Part shown: positions 10,005 to 19,840 of the stretch, one piece after another
Layout of the letters: each line of letters opens with the position of its first letter
Position numbering within the stretch: the stretch's first letter is position 1
Origin: an uncultured Sangeribacter sp.
GTDB lineage: Bacteria > Bacteroidota > Bacteroidia > Bacteroidales > Muribaculaceae
Direction: 5' to 3'
DNA: 51,509 nt
Assembly: GCA_964419535.1 (NCBI GenBank)
Contig: CAYQQG010000001.1
Location: 1 to 51,509, forward strand
Notes under the pieces: model-generated
What the model saw: only the letters and a program-made list of their open reading frames with translations
The model's database searches: none
Told to the model about the DNA's origin: nothing
Translations under genes and position numbers: made by a program

Positions 10005-10151
10005 CCTTTTGAGAAAACTCTTAAAGTTTTTATCTTCTTAATGTTTCCCAATTTCACACATCCTTTTATTGATTATCAATATATTACAATTTCGTAATAT
10101 TAAAAAAGTTTTCCAAAACAATAATATTATTAAATATATTTTCAAATTTTT

Positions 10152-10183
10152 ATTGCGAATGCGAAAAGATTATCTTATCTTTG
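10152..10183 (+). promoter_or_regulatory. Sigma-A promoter of nrdD
   Basis: ATTG (10152-55), 20 bp spacer, TATCTTTG (10176-83), matching TTTG-N19-21-TAnnTTTG. Confidence 0.7.
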
Positions 10184-10246
10184 CATTCGCATTTAATATT
10201 TTTAATATTATTGAGAGACTTCATTAGTGCATAATAATTATAGAAA

Positions 10247-12451
10247 ATGATTTTAACAGTACAGAAACGCGATGGCCGTGTTGTCGGATATAATGAAGAG
10301 AAAATAAAAGCGGCTATCCGAAAAGCTATGCTTTCGACCGACGCCGGAGAGGACGAACCTCTGATTCAGCGGATAACCGATCGTGTCGGAATCCGTGGCA
10401 AAGACAGAATGACGGTCGAAGAGATTCAGGATGCTGTTGAACTCGAGCTGATGAAATCAGCCCGAAAAGATGTCGCCAAACGTTATATCGCATATAGAGA
10501 CCAGCGCTCTATCGCCCGGCGTGCAAAGACCCGTGACATTTTTCTTGAAATAATCGAAGCCAAAAATAACGACATCACGCGTGAGAACGCCAATATGAAC
10601 GCCGACTCTCCGGCCGGCATGATGATGAAGTTCGCGTCCGAGACCACCAAGCCATTCGTTGACGACTATCTACTGTCGAATGAAGTCAAGACAGCCGTCA
10701 AGAACAATTATATCCATATACATGATAAGGATTATTATCCGACCAAATCACTCACATGCGTCCAACATCCTTTGGATAAAATTCTGTCGGAAGGATTTTC
10801 TGCGGGACACGCTGATTCCAGACCTGCAAAAAGGATTGAAACGGCAGCCACTATCGCATGCATTTCTCTCGAAACGGCCCAGAACGAGATGCACGGAGGA
10901 CAGGCCATACCCGCTTTCGATTTCTATCTCGCACCCTACGTCCGAATGGCTTTTATTGAAGAATTGAAGACAATCGAGCAGTTGAACGGTACGGATCTTT
11001 CTCATTTGTACAATATAACGGTGAAAGATTATATTAATCGGCCGCTTGAAAACCTCGAAGGTGAAGAAAGATTCGTTCAACATGCCATTAACAAAACAGC
11101 CGGCCGAGTGCATCAGGCAATGGAAGCCTTCATTCACAATATGAACACAATCCATTCCCGGGGAGGAAATCAGGTTGTCTTTTCTTCAATTAACTATGGC
11201 ACGGACACATCGGCAGAGGGCAGGTGTGTCATACGCGAATTGCTCAATTCAACCTATGAAGGGGTCGGACACGGCGCGACCGCAATTTTTCCGATTCAGA
11301 TTTGGAAGAAGAAACGTGGCGTGAGCTATCTTCCCGAGGATCCCAATTATGATCTTTATGAATTGGCTTGCAAAGTGACCGCACGGCGTTTCTTCCCAAA
11401 CTTCCTCAATCTGGACGCGACGTTCAACCGGGATGAAAAATGGAAGGCAGACGACCCGAAACGCTATCTACATGAAGTGGCCACAATGGGATGCAGAACC
11501 CGTGTATATGAAAACCGATATGGAGAAAAAACATCCGTCGGAAGAGGCAACCTGTCATTCACCACGATCAATATCGTCCGGTTGGCAATAGAGGTCATGG
11601 CGATCAAGAATGAACAAGAACGCATCGAACGCTTTTTTGAGAAACTTGACGAAACCCTTGAAATCACCGCACGCCAGTTGGATGAACGCTTTCAATTTCA
11701 GAAAACGGCCCTGGCGAAACAATTTCCTCTCGTCATGAGTATGTTATGGAATGGCAGCGAGCAATTAAAACCGACGGACACGATTGAAAAGGTGATCAAT
11801 CAGGGAACTCTCGGAATCGGATTCATCGGATTGGCCGAGTGTCTGATCGCTCTGACCGGGAAACATCATGGGGAATCAGACGAAGCCCAGTCACTTGGAT
11901 TGAGGATTGTGAGCCATATGCGCAGCAAGGCAAATGAATTCAGCGAACGCTATCAACATAATTACTCCGTTCTCGCGACTCCGGCCGAAGGCCTCGCGGG
12001 CAGATTCACGAAACGTGACCGGAAGAGTTATGGCATTCTCCCGGGAATTACGGACAAGGACTATTATACAAATTCGAATCATGTCCCGGTCTATTATCAT
12101 TGCTCGCCTCGTCATAAAGCCAAAGTTGAAGCCCCCTATCACGAGCTGACACGCGGAGGACATATTTTCTATGTCGAAATTGATGGCGACGCCACCCACA
12201 ATCCTGAAGCAATCATGAATATCGTTGACCTGATGGATAAATACAATATCGGATACGGAAGTGTCAACCACAACCGGAATCATTGTCCATTATGCGGATA
12301 TGAGAATGCCTCGACCGAACAGCATGAATGTCCAAAATGTGGAACACCGTTTGAGACAATCCAGCGGATAACGGGCTATCTCGTCGGCACTACAGACCGT
12401 TGGAACTCGGGCAAACTCGCGGAACTTCGCGACCGCATCGTTCATAAATAA
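10247..12451 (+). CDS. nrdD: Anaerobic (class III) ribonucleoside-triphosphate reductase
   Basis: N-terminal ATP cone 'VQKRDGR', 'TMGCRT', 'GRGNLS', 'ATPAEGL', Zn site CPLC...CPKC, glycyl-radical motif 'RITGYL'. Confidence 0.97.
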   Translation: MILTVQKRDGRVVGYNEEKIKAAIRKAMLSTDAGEDEPLIQRITDRVGIRGKDRMTVEEIQDAVELELMKSARKDVAKRYIAYRDQRSIARRAKTRDIFLEIIEAKNNDITRENANMNADSPAGMMMKFASETTKPFVDDYLLSNEVKTAVKNNYIHIHDKDYYPTKSLTCVQHPLDKILSEGFSAGHADSRPAKRIETAATIACISLETAQNEMHGGQAIPAFDFYLAPYVRMAFIEELKTIEQLNGTDLSHLYNITVKDYINRPLENLEGEERFVQHAINKTAGRVHQAMEAFIHNMNTIHSRGGNQVVFSSINYGTDTSAEGRCVIRELLNSTYEGVGHGATAIFPIQIWKKKRGVSYLPEDPNYDLYELACKVTARRFFPNFLNLDATFNRDEKWKADDPKRYLHEVATMGCRTRVYENRYGEKTSVGRGNLSFTTINIVRLAIEVMAIKNEQERIERFFEKLDETLEITARQLDERFQFQKTALAKQFPLVMSMLWNGSEQLKPTDTIEKVINQGTLGIGFIGLAECLIALTGKHHGESDEAQSLGLRIVSHMRSKANEFSERYQHNYSVLATPAEGLAGRFTKRDRKSYGILPGITDKDYYTNSNHVPVYYHCSPRHKAKVEAPYHELTRGGHIFYVEIDGDATHNPEAIMNIVDLMDKYNIGYGSVNHNRNHCPLCGYENASTEQHECPKCGTPFETIQRITGYLVGTTDRWNSGKLAELRDRIVHK

Positions 12452-12481
12452 CTTCATTGCTCAAAAATGCTTTATAATTGT

Positions 12482-12511
12482 AAGTTCCGTCAAATTGGCG
12501 GAACTTTTTTT
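12482..12511 (+). terminator. Intrinsic terminator after nrdD
   Basis: AAGTTCCGTCA-AAT-TGGCGGAACTT followed by a T-run. Confidence 0.8.
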
Positions 12512-12588
12512 AATTTCAATCGAAATTTTATAGTTTAGGTTTGTTATATTATTAGATTTATGAATTAACTTATCTTATAGAAATATTT

Positions 12589-14868
12589 ATGGCATCTGTT
12601 ACAAAAGATGACGCCCTTAGATATCATGAAGAAGGACGTCCCGGCAAAATTGAGATAACTCCAACAAAACCATACGCATCACAAAGAGATTTAGCTCTGG
12701 CCTATTCTCCCGGGGTCGCTTTTCCGTGTCTTGAGATTGAAAAGAATCCTGAAGATGCTTACAGATATACCAATAAAGGGAATCTTGTAGCGGTGATTTC
12801 CAACGGCACGGCTGTCCTCGGGTTAGGAGACATCGGCGCGCTCGCCGGCAAACCTGTTATGGAGGGAAAGGCTCTTCTCTTCAAAATATTTTCCGGTCTT
12901 GACGCTTTCGACATCGAAGTCAACGAAACCGACCCGGACAAATTTATTGAAATCGTCAAAGCCATTTCCCCGACATTCGGCGGTATCAATCTTGAGGATA
13001 TAAAAGCCCCGCAATGTTTTGAGATTGAAGATCGGCTTAAGAAAGAGTGCAATATCCCGGTCATGCATGATGACCAGCACGGCACAGCGATCATATCCGG
13101 AGCCGGACTTCTGAACGCTTTGGAAATTCAGAAAAAGAAAATAAGCGATATCAAATTGGTAGTCAACGGAGCCGGCGCAGCCGCAGTCAGCTGCACACGC
13201 CTGTATAAAGCGCTCGGTGTCAAGCCTGAGAATATCGTGATGTGTGACTCGAAGGGTGTCATCCGCAAAGATCGTGAAAAACTGACCGTTCAGAAGCGCG
13301 AATTTGCAACAGACCGCGACATTCACACTCTCGCCGAAGCAATGGTAGGCGCTGATGTTTTCCTCGGCCTGAGTGTGGCCGGAGTTGTGACACCGGAAAT
13401 GATCCGCACAATGGCACCGCGTCCAATCGTTTTTGCCCTTGCAAATCCCGATCCGGAAATCGGTTATTATGAAGCCAAGGATGCCGCGCCGGACGTGATC
13501 GTGGCGACCGGCCGAAGTGATTATCCGAACCAGATTAACAATGTCATCGGATTCCCGTACATATTCCGCGGAGCGCTTGATTGCGGCGCATCGGCTATAA
13601 ACGAAGAGATGAAAATCGCGGCCGTGTATGCAATATCAGAATTAGCCAAAGAACCGGTTCCGAGTGTTGTCGACGAGGCCTACGGCCTTTCGGATCTTCA
13701 TTTCGGACGTGATTATATCCTTCCGAAAGCCCTCGACCCGAGATTGCTTCTCAGAGTCGCACCGGCCGTTGCAAAAGCCGCAATGATGTCCGGAATCGCC
13801 GCTCGTCCGATTGAGGATTGGAAAGCATATCAGAATCTACTTTACTCATATATGGGAGATGACGGCAAATTGATGCGGACAATAACCGAACATGCACGCG
13901 ACAACAAACGTCGTGTTGTCTTCGGTGAAGGAAACGTTGAGAATATGCTCCGAGCTGCCGTCCGGCTGAAGAAGGAGGAAACGCTCATTCCCGTTCTTCT
14001 CGGAAATGCCGAAATGATTCAAAAACATGCCGTACAATTAGGGCTTGACATTGAAGGCATTGAGATTATAAATCCGCGCCATGACAATCAGGCAGAAGTA
14101 AGAGAAAGATATGCAAAAGCATTGTCAGAAAAGAAACAACGCGAAGGAGTGACCTTCACGGAAGCTCTCGAGAAGATGTATGACCGTTCATATTTCGGAA
14201 TGATGATGGTCGAGATGTGTGATGCCGACGCCTTTATTGCCGGCTGTTACTCGACAGCAAGAAAAATGGCACAGAGGGCTGTCTCGATTGTCGGTATCAA
14301 AGATGGCTATAACCATTTCGCGACCATGCACATAATGAACACCCGTGGCGGAACATACTTCCTTGCTGACACGGCGATCAATCCGATCTCTGACAAGGAA
14401 GCTCTGATCGACATTGCGCGTCTTTCAGATTCAGCCGTCCGTCATTTCAACCGGACGCCCGTCATGGCCATGTTGTCCTATAGCAATTTCGGATCGAATA
14501 GAGACGCCGAGGAACCTTCAAGAGTTGCCGACGCAGTGAAAATTCTCCATGAAAAATATCCGGAGATTAACGTTGACGGCGAAATGCAGGCAAATTTTGC
14601 TCTTGATACAGCACTCAGAGACCGCACTTATCCCTTCAATACCATAAAAGGTCAGGACGTCAACACACTTATCTTCCCGACCCTCTCGGCTGCTAACATC
14701 ACCTATAAGCTGCTGCTCGGAATGGGTGTTGGCAAGGTTATCGGTCCTATACAGATAGGTTTGAAAAAACCGATATACATTGCGTCCGTCAATTCATCTG
14801 AAGATGAGATCGTAGACATCGCTACCATTGCAGCCCTGGACGCGATTGTTTCTTGTGACAATGTTTAA
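12589..14868 (+). CDS. maeB: NADP-dependent malic enzyme with C-terminal phosphotransacetylase-like domain
   Basis: 'LAYSPGVA', 'SNGTAVLGLG', 'INLEDIKAP', 'HDDQHGTA', 'NGAGAA', 'TGRSDYPNQINN'; PTA-like half 'LSYSNFGS...VDGEMQ'. Confidence 0.96.
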   Translation: MASVTKDDALRYHEEGRPGKIEITPTKPYASQRDLALAYSPGVAFPCLEIEKNPEDAYRYTNKGNLVAVISNGTAVLGLGDIGALAGKPVMEGKALLFKIFSGLDAFDIEVNETDPDKFIEIVKAISPTFGGINLEDIKAPQCFEIEDRLKKECNIPVMHDDQHGTAIISGAGLLNALEIQKKKISDIKLVVNGAGAAAVSCTRLYKALGVKPENIVMCDSKGVIRKDREKLTVQKREFATDRDIHTLAEAMVGADVFLGLSVAGVVTPEMIRTMAPRPIVFALANPDPEIGYYEAKDAAPDVIVATGRSDYPNQINNVIGFPYIFRGALDCGASAINEEMKIAAVYAISELAKEPVPSVVDEAYGLSDLHFGRDYILPKALDPRLLLRVAPAVAKAAMMSGIAARPIEDWKAYQNLLYSYMGDDGKLMRTITEHARDNKRRVVFGEGNVENMLRAAVRLKKEETLIPVLLGNAEMIQKHAVQLGLDIEGIEIINPRHDNQAEVRERYAKALSEKKQREGVTFTEALEKMYDRSYFGMMMVEMCDADAFIAGCYSTARKMAQRAVSIVGIKDGYNHFATMHIMNTRGGTYFLADTAINPISDKEALIDIARLSDSAVRHFNRTPVMAMLSYSNFGSNRDAEEPSRVADAVKILHEKYPEINVDGEMQANFALDTALRDRTYPFNTIKGQDVNTLIFPTLSAANITYKLLLGMGVGKVIGPIQIGLKKPIYIASVNSSEDEIVDIATIAALDAIVSCDNV

Positions 14869-14915
14869 GACCCCGGTTCAAATATTTTTTGGAAAAAGGG
14901 ACTTAGCTCATATTG

Positions 14916-15374
14916 ATGAAAGAGGAAACATACACCTATAATGTTCTTGACATCCGGCGTGGTACAAGCGTTGACGGTCCGGGACTCCGGACCTCAATCT
15001 ACCTCGCCGGGTGTCGGCATTTCTGCCCGGGATGTCACAATCCGGAATCTTGGGATGAAAATGCCGGCGTCACGATGACGCTTGAGGAACTTTTAGCCGT
15101 GATAGAAGAGGAGGATTTCGACGTCACATTGACCGGTGGAGACCCTCTTTTTCGTCCAGAGGCAATTGCAGCGTTAGCAAAAGCGATTAAATCTAAAGGT
15201 TATGGAATTTGGCTATATACCGGATTCACAATAGAGGAAATATTAGCTTCTGAAGTTCTGAGAAATGCAGTCAAAGACATAGACACTATCGTTGAAGGAC
15301 CCTATGTGGAAGCATTGCGCGATCCGGATCTGAAATTCCGAGGGTCATCCAACCAGAGGATAATAAAACTATAA
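14916..15374 (+). CDS. nrdG: Anaerobic RNR activating radical-SAM protein
   Basis: 'VDGPGLR', CxxxCxxC 'GCRHFCPGCHN', 'TGGDP', 'FRGSSNQRII'. Confidence 0.95.
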   Translation: MKEETYTYNVLDIRRGTSVDGPGLRTSIYLAGCRHFCPGCHNPESWDENAGVTMTLEELLAVIEEEDFDVTLTGGDPLFRPEAIAALAKAIKSKGYGIWLYTGFTIEEILASEVLRNAVKDIDTIVEGPYVEALRDPDLKFRGSSNQRIIKL

Positions 15375-15528
15375 AATTTATGAGGTGAGGAAAATATCCA
15401 AACATACTTGCTAAATATTTTAATTTTTTATATTGCATTTATCCTATTGCTATTCTGTCGTTTAGATTGTGTAATCTATGACATTCTAAAATTTTTCCAA
15501 AAATTTTTTGAAAAAAATCTGAAAAAAA

Positions 15529-15560
15529 TTTGGTAGTGATGAGAACTTTTTCTAATTTTG
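15529..15560 (+). promoter_or_regulatory. Sigma-A promoter of the outer-membrane barrel gene
   Basis: TTTG (15529-32), 20 bp spacer, TAATTTTG (15553-60): full consensus. Confidence 0.75.
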
Positions 15561-15601
15561 CAGTGTCTTATTAAAGTAATACACTAATAAACTATCAAAA
15601 T

Positions 15602-17953
15602 ATGATTCATTTTAATAAATACGGTTTCGCTTTTTTAACGCTCACAGCCGCCGGAATTTCAATGTCCGCTTATGGCGTAAAACAAGATTCAGCGCAACTC
15701 AGTGAACCTGACAAGGGACAACATTCAATTGCATCCGGCATGCGCGAGGCCTCATCCGGGGAAAGCGATCTTTCGGAAGCTCAGATAGATTCTCTTGAAC
15801 GGGTTGCGTTCGGGAATGTGCGTGACCTTCAGGAAATAGTGATCTCGGCTGACGCCCCGATGATAAAAGTGTCCGGCACAAACATTACTTATAACGTTGA
15901 GGAGGATCCGTCAGCCTCAGGATCAACAGTTCTGGACCTTCTTCGTAAGGTTCCTCTCGTCAGCGTCGACGGTCAGGACAATATAAGCGTGAAGGGAAAC
16001 GGTGACTTCAAGATTTATGTTAATGGTCGTCCGGACCCGATGCTTTCGCAGAATGCTTCGGTAGTTCTTAAGGCCATGCCGGCAGAGGCAGTATCTTCCG
16101 TAGAACTGATAACAGATCCCGGAGCAAAATATGATGCCGAAGGTTCAGGCGCGATCATAAATCTCATAACCGAAAGGAAACAATCAGAAAACGGATATAA
16201 CGGCTCGGCAAATCTTTCGGTAGACAACAGACAGCTTCAGGCCGGGGTGAACGGCGCCGCGAAATTCAACAAACTGACTCTGAACGCGGGCGTGAATTAC
16301 GCATACACCTATCCGGGGCAACGGAAGGCCAAAGTACAAGATGAAACAATCTATTATTCCGACCCGACAAACCACTCCCTGAGAGCCGGCGGCACTAATA
16401 GCCAGGATATGAACTTCGTCGGTATCGACCTCGGAGGCTCATACGACCTCTCCCCCAACGATCTGCTGACGTTCTCTGCAAACTACTATGACCTTAACGG
16501 ACATGTAGATCTGACAGACCAAAAGACCGAAATGTTTTCGGCGGATGACATTCTTCAATGGAGCTATGCCCGGGATTCACATCTCAAACTCCGTTATAAA
16601 GGTTTAACGGCACAGGCGGCCTATCAGCATGAGTTTGGGCGCAAGGACAATTATCTGGGAGTTTCATACATGTTCAGTTTCACGAATGCGGGTCTCCCGG
16701 GAAAGTATACTTATACAGATGCTTATAATTTCACGCCCGATTATATCTATGAGCAAACTTATAACAGCCGGTTGTCGAGAGAACATACCTTCCAGATCGA
16801 TTGGTCGGACGCTCTGAACTCTCACGCAAAGCTCGAATTCGGAACTAAAGGGATTTTCCGACGCAATTCCGCTTTCGGCCAAAACGACGGAAGAAATGAC
16901 ATGACAGAGTATGTGCCTATAGAGGATTCGAAGGTTGATCTTCGCCAACCTCAAGACATATATGCCGTCTATGGTCTTTACACAGCCACATACGGCAACC
17001 TTACGGCTCAGGCGGGTGTCCGTTATGAACATACCCGAATGGGAATCAGATACTCCCATGAAAGCGAAAAAGACTTCACGACCCGGCTGAATGATGTCGT
17101 TCCGAATGCTTCAATATCATATTCCTTTTCACCAGCCCACTCGCTGAGCGCTAATTATTCGATGCGTATATCGAGACCTTCGATAGAGCAACTGAATCCA
17201 TATCAGATGCTGCTTCAGGACACAAGAATCGTACAGGGCAACCCCAACCTCACATCCGAGCGCGTGAATAAGGTGAATATCACATACACCAATTTCGGAC
17301 GTAAATTGGGAGGCTCAGTCTCAGCTGACTATACCGATTCGGACAATGCAATAACCAATTTCAGCTATATAGACGGATATCGCATGGTCACCACCTACGC
17401 CAACATCGGACATAACAGAACGGCGGCGCTGAATTTGTTCCTGATGTGGTCGCCCCTTAATTCACTTCGCTTCACTCTGAATGCATCCGAAACATATGCA
17501 GACATGAAAGCTAATAAGGACATTGACGGAATGAGACTCGCCAACCATGGATTCTCGACCAATATCTATCTGAACGGCAACTGGGATCTTCCTCAAAAAT
17601 TCTGTCTGGCCGCATACGGAGGATGGAACTCAGGCTCTGTCAACCTTATGGGAAAAGGAGGACAATATCATTACTACGGCCTCTCACTCTCGAGGACTTT
17701 CCTGAAGGATGATTCTCTGAAACTGACACTTAATGCCAATAACTGCTTTGAGAAGTATACTCTCTACAAAAACATTGTCAACGGAAACGGCTTCCGGACA
17801 ACCAATAATTATTACAACCCGGCATGGACAGTAGGAGTATCTCTCTCATGGTCATTCGGCAAAAATTCAGCTGACGTCAAGAGTGTGAATTCATCAATCA
17901 TCAACGATGATTATTCAACATCGAAAAGTTCTGTGGGCGCAGGCGTAATGTGA
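15602..17953 (+). CDS. TonB-dependent receptor-like outer-membrane beta-barrel protein (OMP_b-brl_3 type)
   Basis: Signal peptide; plug motifs 'LDLLRKVPLV', 'ELITDPGAKYDAEG..AIINL'; 'RISRPS...LNP', 'GNPNL'; amphipathic beta strands ending 'SLSWSFG'. Confidence 0.85.
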   Translation: MIHFNKYGFAFLTLTAAGISMSAYGVKQDSAQLSEPDKGQHSIASGMREASSGESDLSEAQIDSLERVAFGNVRDLQEIVISADAPMIKVSGTNITYNVEEDPSASGSTVLDLLRKVPLVSVDGQDNISVKGNGDFKIYVNGRPDPMLSQNASVVLKAMPAEAVSSVELITDPGAKYDAEGSGAIINLITERKQSENGYNGSANLSVDNRQLQAGVNGAAKFNKLTLNAGVNYAYTYPGQRKAKVQDETIYYSDPTNHSLRAGGTNSQDMNFVGIDLGGSYDLSPNDLLTFSANYYDLNGHVDLTDQKTEMFSADDILQWSYARDSHLKLRYKGLTAQAAYQHEFGRKDNYLGVSYMFSFTNAGLPGKYTYTDAYNFTPDYIYEQTYNSRLSREHTFQIDWSDALNSHAKLEFGTKGIFRRNSAFGQNDGRNDMTEYVPIEDSKVDLRQPQDIYAVYGLYTATYGNLTAQAGVRYEHTRMGIRYSHESEKDFTTRLNDVVPNASISYSFSPAHSLSANYSMRISRPSIEQLNPYQMLLQDTRIVQGNPNLTSERVNKVNITYTNFGRKLGGSVSADYTDSDNAITNFSYIDGYRMVTTYANIGHNRTAALNLFLMWSPLNSLRFTLNASETYADMKANKDIDGMRLANHGFSTNIYLNGNWDLPQKFCLAAYGGWNSGSVNLMGKGGQYHYYGLSLSRTFLKDDSLKLTLNANNCFEKYTLYKNIVNGNGFRTTNNYYNPAWTVGVSLSWSFGKNSADVKSVNSSIINDDYSTSKSSVGAGVM

Positions 17954-17995
17954 CAACGCTGAGCTTAATAGACGCGGACATAAAAAACAAAGAGT

Positions 17996-18856
17996 TCAAC
18001 GCGTTCGGGCATAATGTAAGATCTCCGGACGGAACTCAAAGTGCATGGTGTCATAATGATACCATGCACCTCCCCATATAAAACCGTGCCGCTGGAAAAT
18101 CTCAACAAGCTCACGGGGGATGCGGTTGGCATACTCGATTTTTCTCATTTCATCGTTCGTGCCCGCTTTCCATTGCCAATAATCGGATTTATCAACGGCA
18201 ATATCGAATGCAATTCCATAGGAATGCGCGCTCAGACGCTTGGCGCCTCTGACCGGACGCCAATAGAACGTTCCGGAACTTTTCAGATATGGCTTCAATT
18301 CGGGGTGTCCCGAAAGTTCTTTTGCCACTGCCTTGAGTGAATCCGCAGCTCCGTTTATTCTTGTAAACGACACATTTTGGCCGAACCATTCAACATTTGT
18401 GAGATTCTTTCTTACTTCTGACTCCGATCCGCCATACATTTTCTTATATAATGCTTCCGAACGTGACCGGCCTGCGTCTTCGAGATATTCGGGTTCCCCC
18501 TCGGGAAGACGGTAAGGAACGTAGAACATATCCTCGACATCAGAATCATCAAGCATGGTCTTGAAATCCTTTTCCCGCTGATCATCATATTCGATTGAGG
18601 TGCCATCCCTGAAGATGACTTTGTTGTCTTTTATCTCTTCGATCATATCGGGATAGGATTCAATTAACGCTCTTATTTTAGGGTCTTGAACGGTCTCGGA
18701 ATCTTTTTCTTCAGACTCCGCTACAGCTTCAGTTTGAATACTGTCTTCTTTATCCATTCCCAAAAGACCGCGTCCTTTTGATCTGTCACACGAACAGAAT
18801 AAAAAAGTCACCGCGCACACGAGCGCGGTGACCTTCAGCAATATATTTTTATTCAT
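17996..18856 (-). CDS. M15-family Zn metallopeptidase lipoprotein (peptidoglycan carboxy-/endopeptidase)
   Basis: Lipobox 'FCS-C'; SxHxxGxAxD 'SAHSYGIAFD'; 'GFIWGGAW..DTMHFE'. Confidence 0.88.
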   Translation of the reverse strand: MNKNILLKVTALVCAVTFLFCSCDRSKGRGLLGMDKEDSIQTEAVAESEEKDSETVQDPKIRALIESYPDMIEEIKDNKVIFRDGTSIEYDDQREKDFKTMLDDSDVEDMFYVPYRLPEGEPEYLEDAGRSRSEALYKKMYGGSESEVRKNLTNVEWFGQNVSFTRINGAADSLKAVAKELSGHPELKPYLKSSGTFYWRPVRGAKRLSAHSYGIAFDIAVDKSDYWQWKAGTNDEMRKIEYANRIPRELVEIFQRHGFIWGGAWYHYDTMHFEFRPEILHYARTR

Positions 18857-19640
18857 AACTTTTGATCAGATTCACATTTGCATTCTCAATCTTGCTCAGA
18901 TGCGGATTTTTCGTCAAGGGTGCGTAACCGGAGAAATTGCCGAAAAAGTCTCTGAGGTCCGGACTGTCGAAATCATAATCATGCATGGCATAGATCGCAT
19001 TCCTGAGAATTCTCAGTTCTGACGATGAATAATTTCTGAGATCGGAAGCTGACAGATAATTGTCAGACAAGGCACTGAAGACATTGATGTTTCCTGAAGT
19101 CGGAATGCTGCCGCCGAAAACATAATCACGCGATGATTGCTTGCCGTTCTTGGTGTTCAGTGTTGTCAAGTCCTCTTCCTCAACATATTTATATGTATCT
19201 TTTCCATCTTTAGTTGTCAAAAAGAGTTTCTTTCCGTTTTTTGAGAGTTCGATCTTATAAACATCCCCCGACTGATTAAATTCCCTTATCTGACGTTTTA
19301 GCTTTCTGAACAACTTTTCTTCCACGTTGCCATAAGGATCTATGAAATCCGGAGTTTTTATTATATCGAGAGAACTCATGTCGTAATTTAATTTCAAACT
19401 TCCGAACGCATCAATTTTCCAATCCCCTTCAACTGAGAAACCACAGCTGTTGTTTTCAAGGGGAATACAGGCCTGCACGAATGATCCGTCTTCATCGAAT
19501 ATCAATTGCATCATCCCCTTCACACCATCTATTTTTTGCTCGCTTTCCCAAGCTCCGACCAGATCCTTCTCTTTCACCTTGCCGCATCCGACGAGAAGGA
19601 GCATTAAGAGAACAGATAAAAATGTTATTCTGATATTCAT
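18849..19640 (-). CDS. Lipoprotein with lipocalin-like N-terminal domain and C-terminal YARHG domain
   Basis: Lipobox 'LVG-C'; 'DLVGAW'; C-terminus 'LRILRNAIYAMHDYDF..PDLRDFF...LSKIENANVNLIK..E' matches the YARHG pattern; 8-bp overlap with the M15 gene. Confidence 0.8.
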   Translation of the reverse strand: MNIRITFLSVLLMLLLVGCGKVKEKDLVGAWESEQKIDGVKGMMQLIFDEDGSFVQACIPLENNSCGFSVEGDWKIDAFGSLKLNYDMSSLDIIKTPDFIDPYGNVEEKLFRKLKRQIREFNQSGDVYKIELSKNGKKLFLTTKDGKDTYKYVEEEDLTTLNTKNGKQSSRDYVFGGSIPTSGNINVFSALSDNYLSASDLRNYSSSELRILRNAIYAMHDYDFDSPDLRDFFGNFSGYAPLTKNPHLSKIENANVNLIKSYE

Positions 19641-19745
19641 AAAAAATTTTTTAATTTTATCCTTAACTCATAGATAAATCTGTAAATATTTTTCAAGAGT
19701 TACGGCTATGTGAATAGATAAAAAATCGCTTACTCAAAAAATATA

Positions 19746-19788
19746 GTGCAAATTTACAAAAATTTCACAAAAATTACTAATTTTGCAC
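19746..19788. promoter_or_regulatory. Back-to-back divergent sigma-A -7 elements
   Basis: GTGCAAATTTA (19746-56, TAAATTTG on minus) and TAATTTTGCAC (19778-88, plus). Confidence 0.65.
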
Positions 19789-19840
19789 GATAACGATTTG
19801 AGACCGCGTCTCGAAAGAACCGAAATAATAATTAAAGCAT

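Noticed and set aside
10154-10191. Invertible promoter (inverton) at nrdD
   Set aside because: Arms are only 9 bp with a 20-bp interior, too short for typical recombinase inversion, and no recombinase is nearby.
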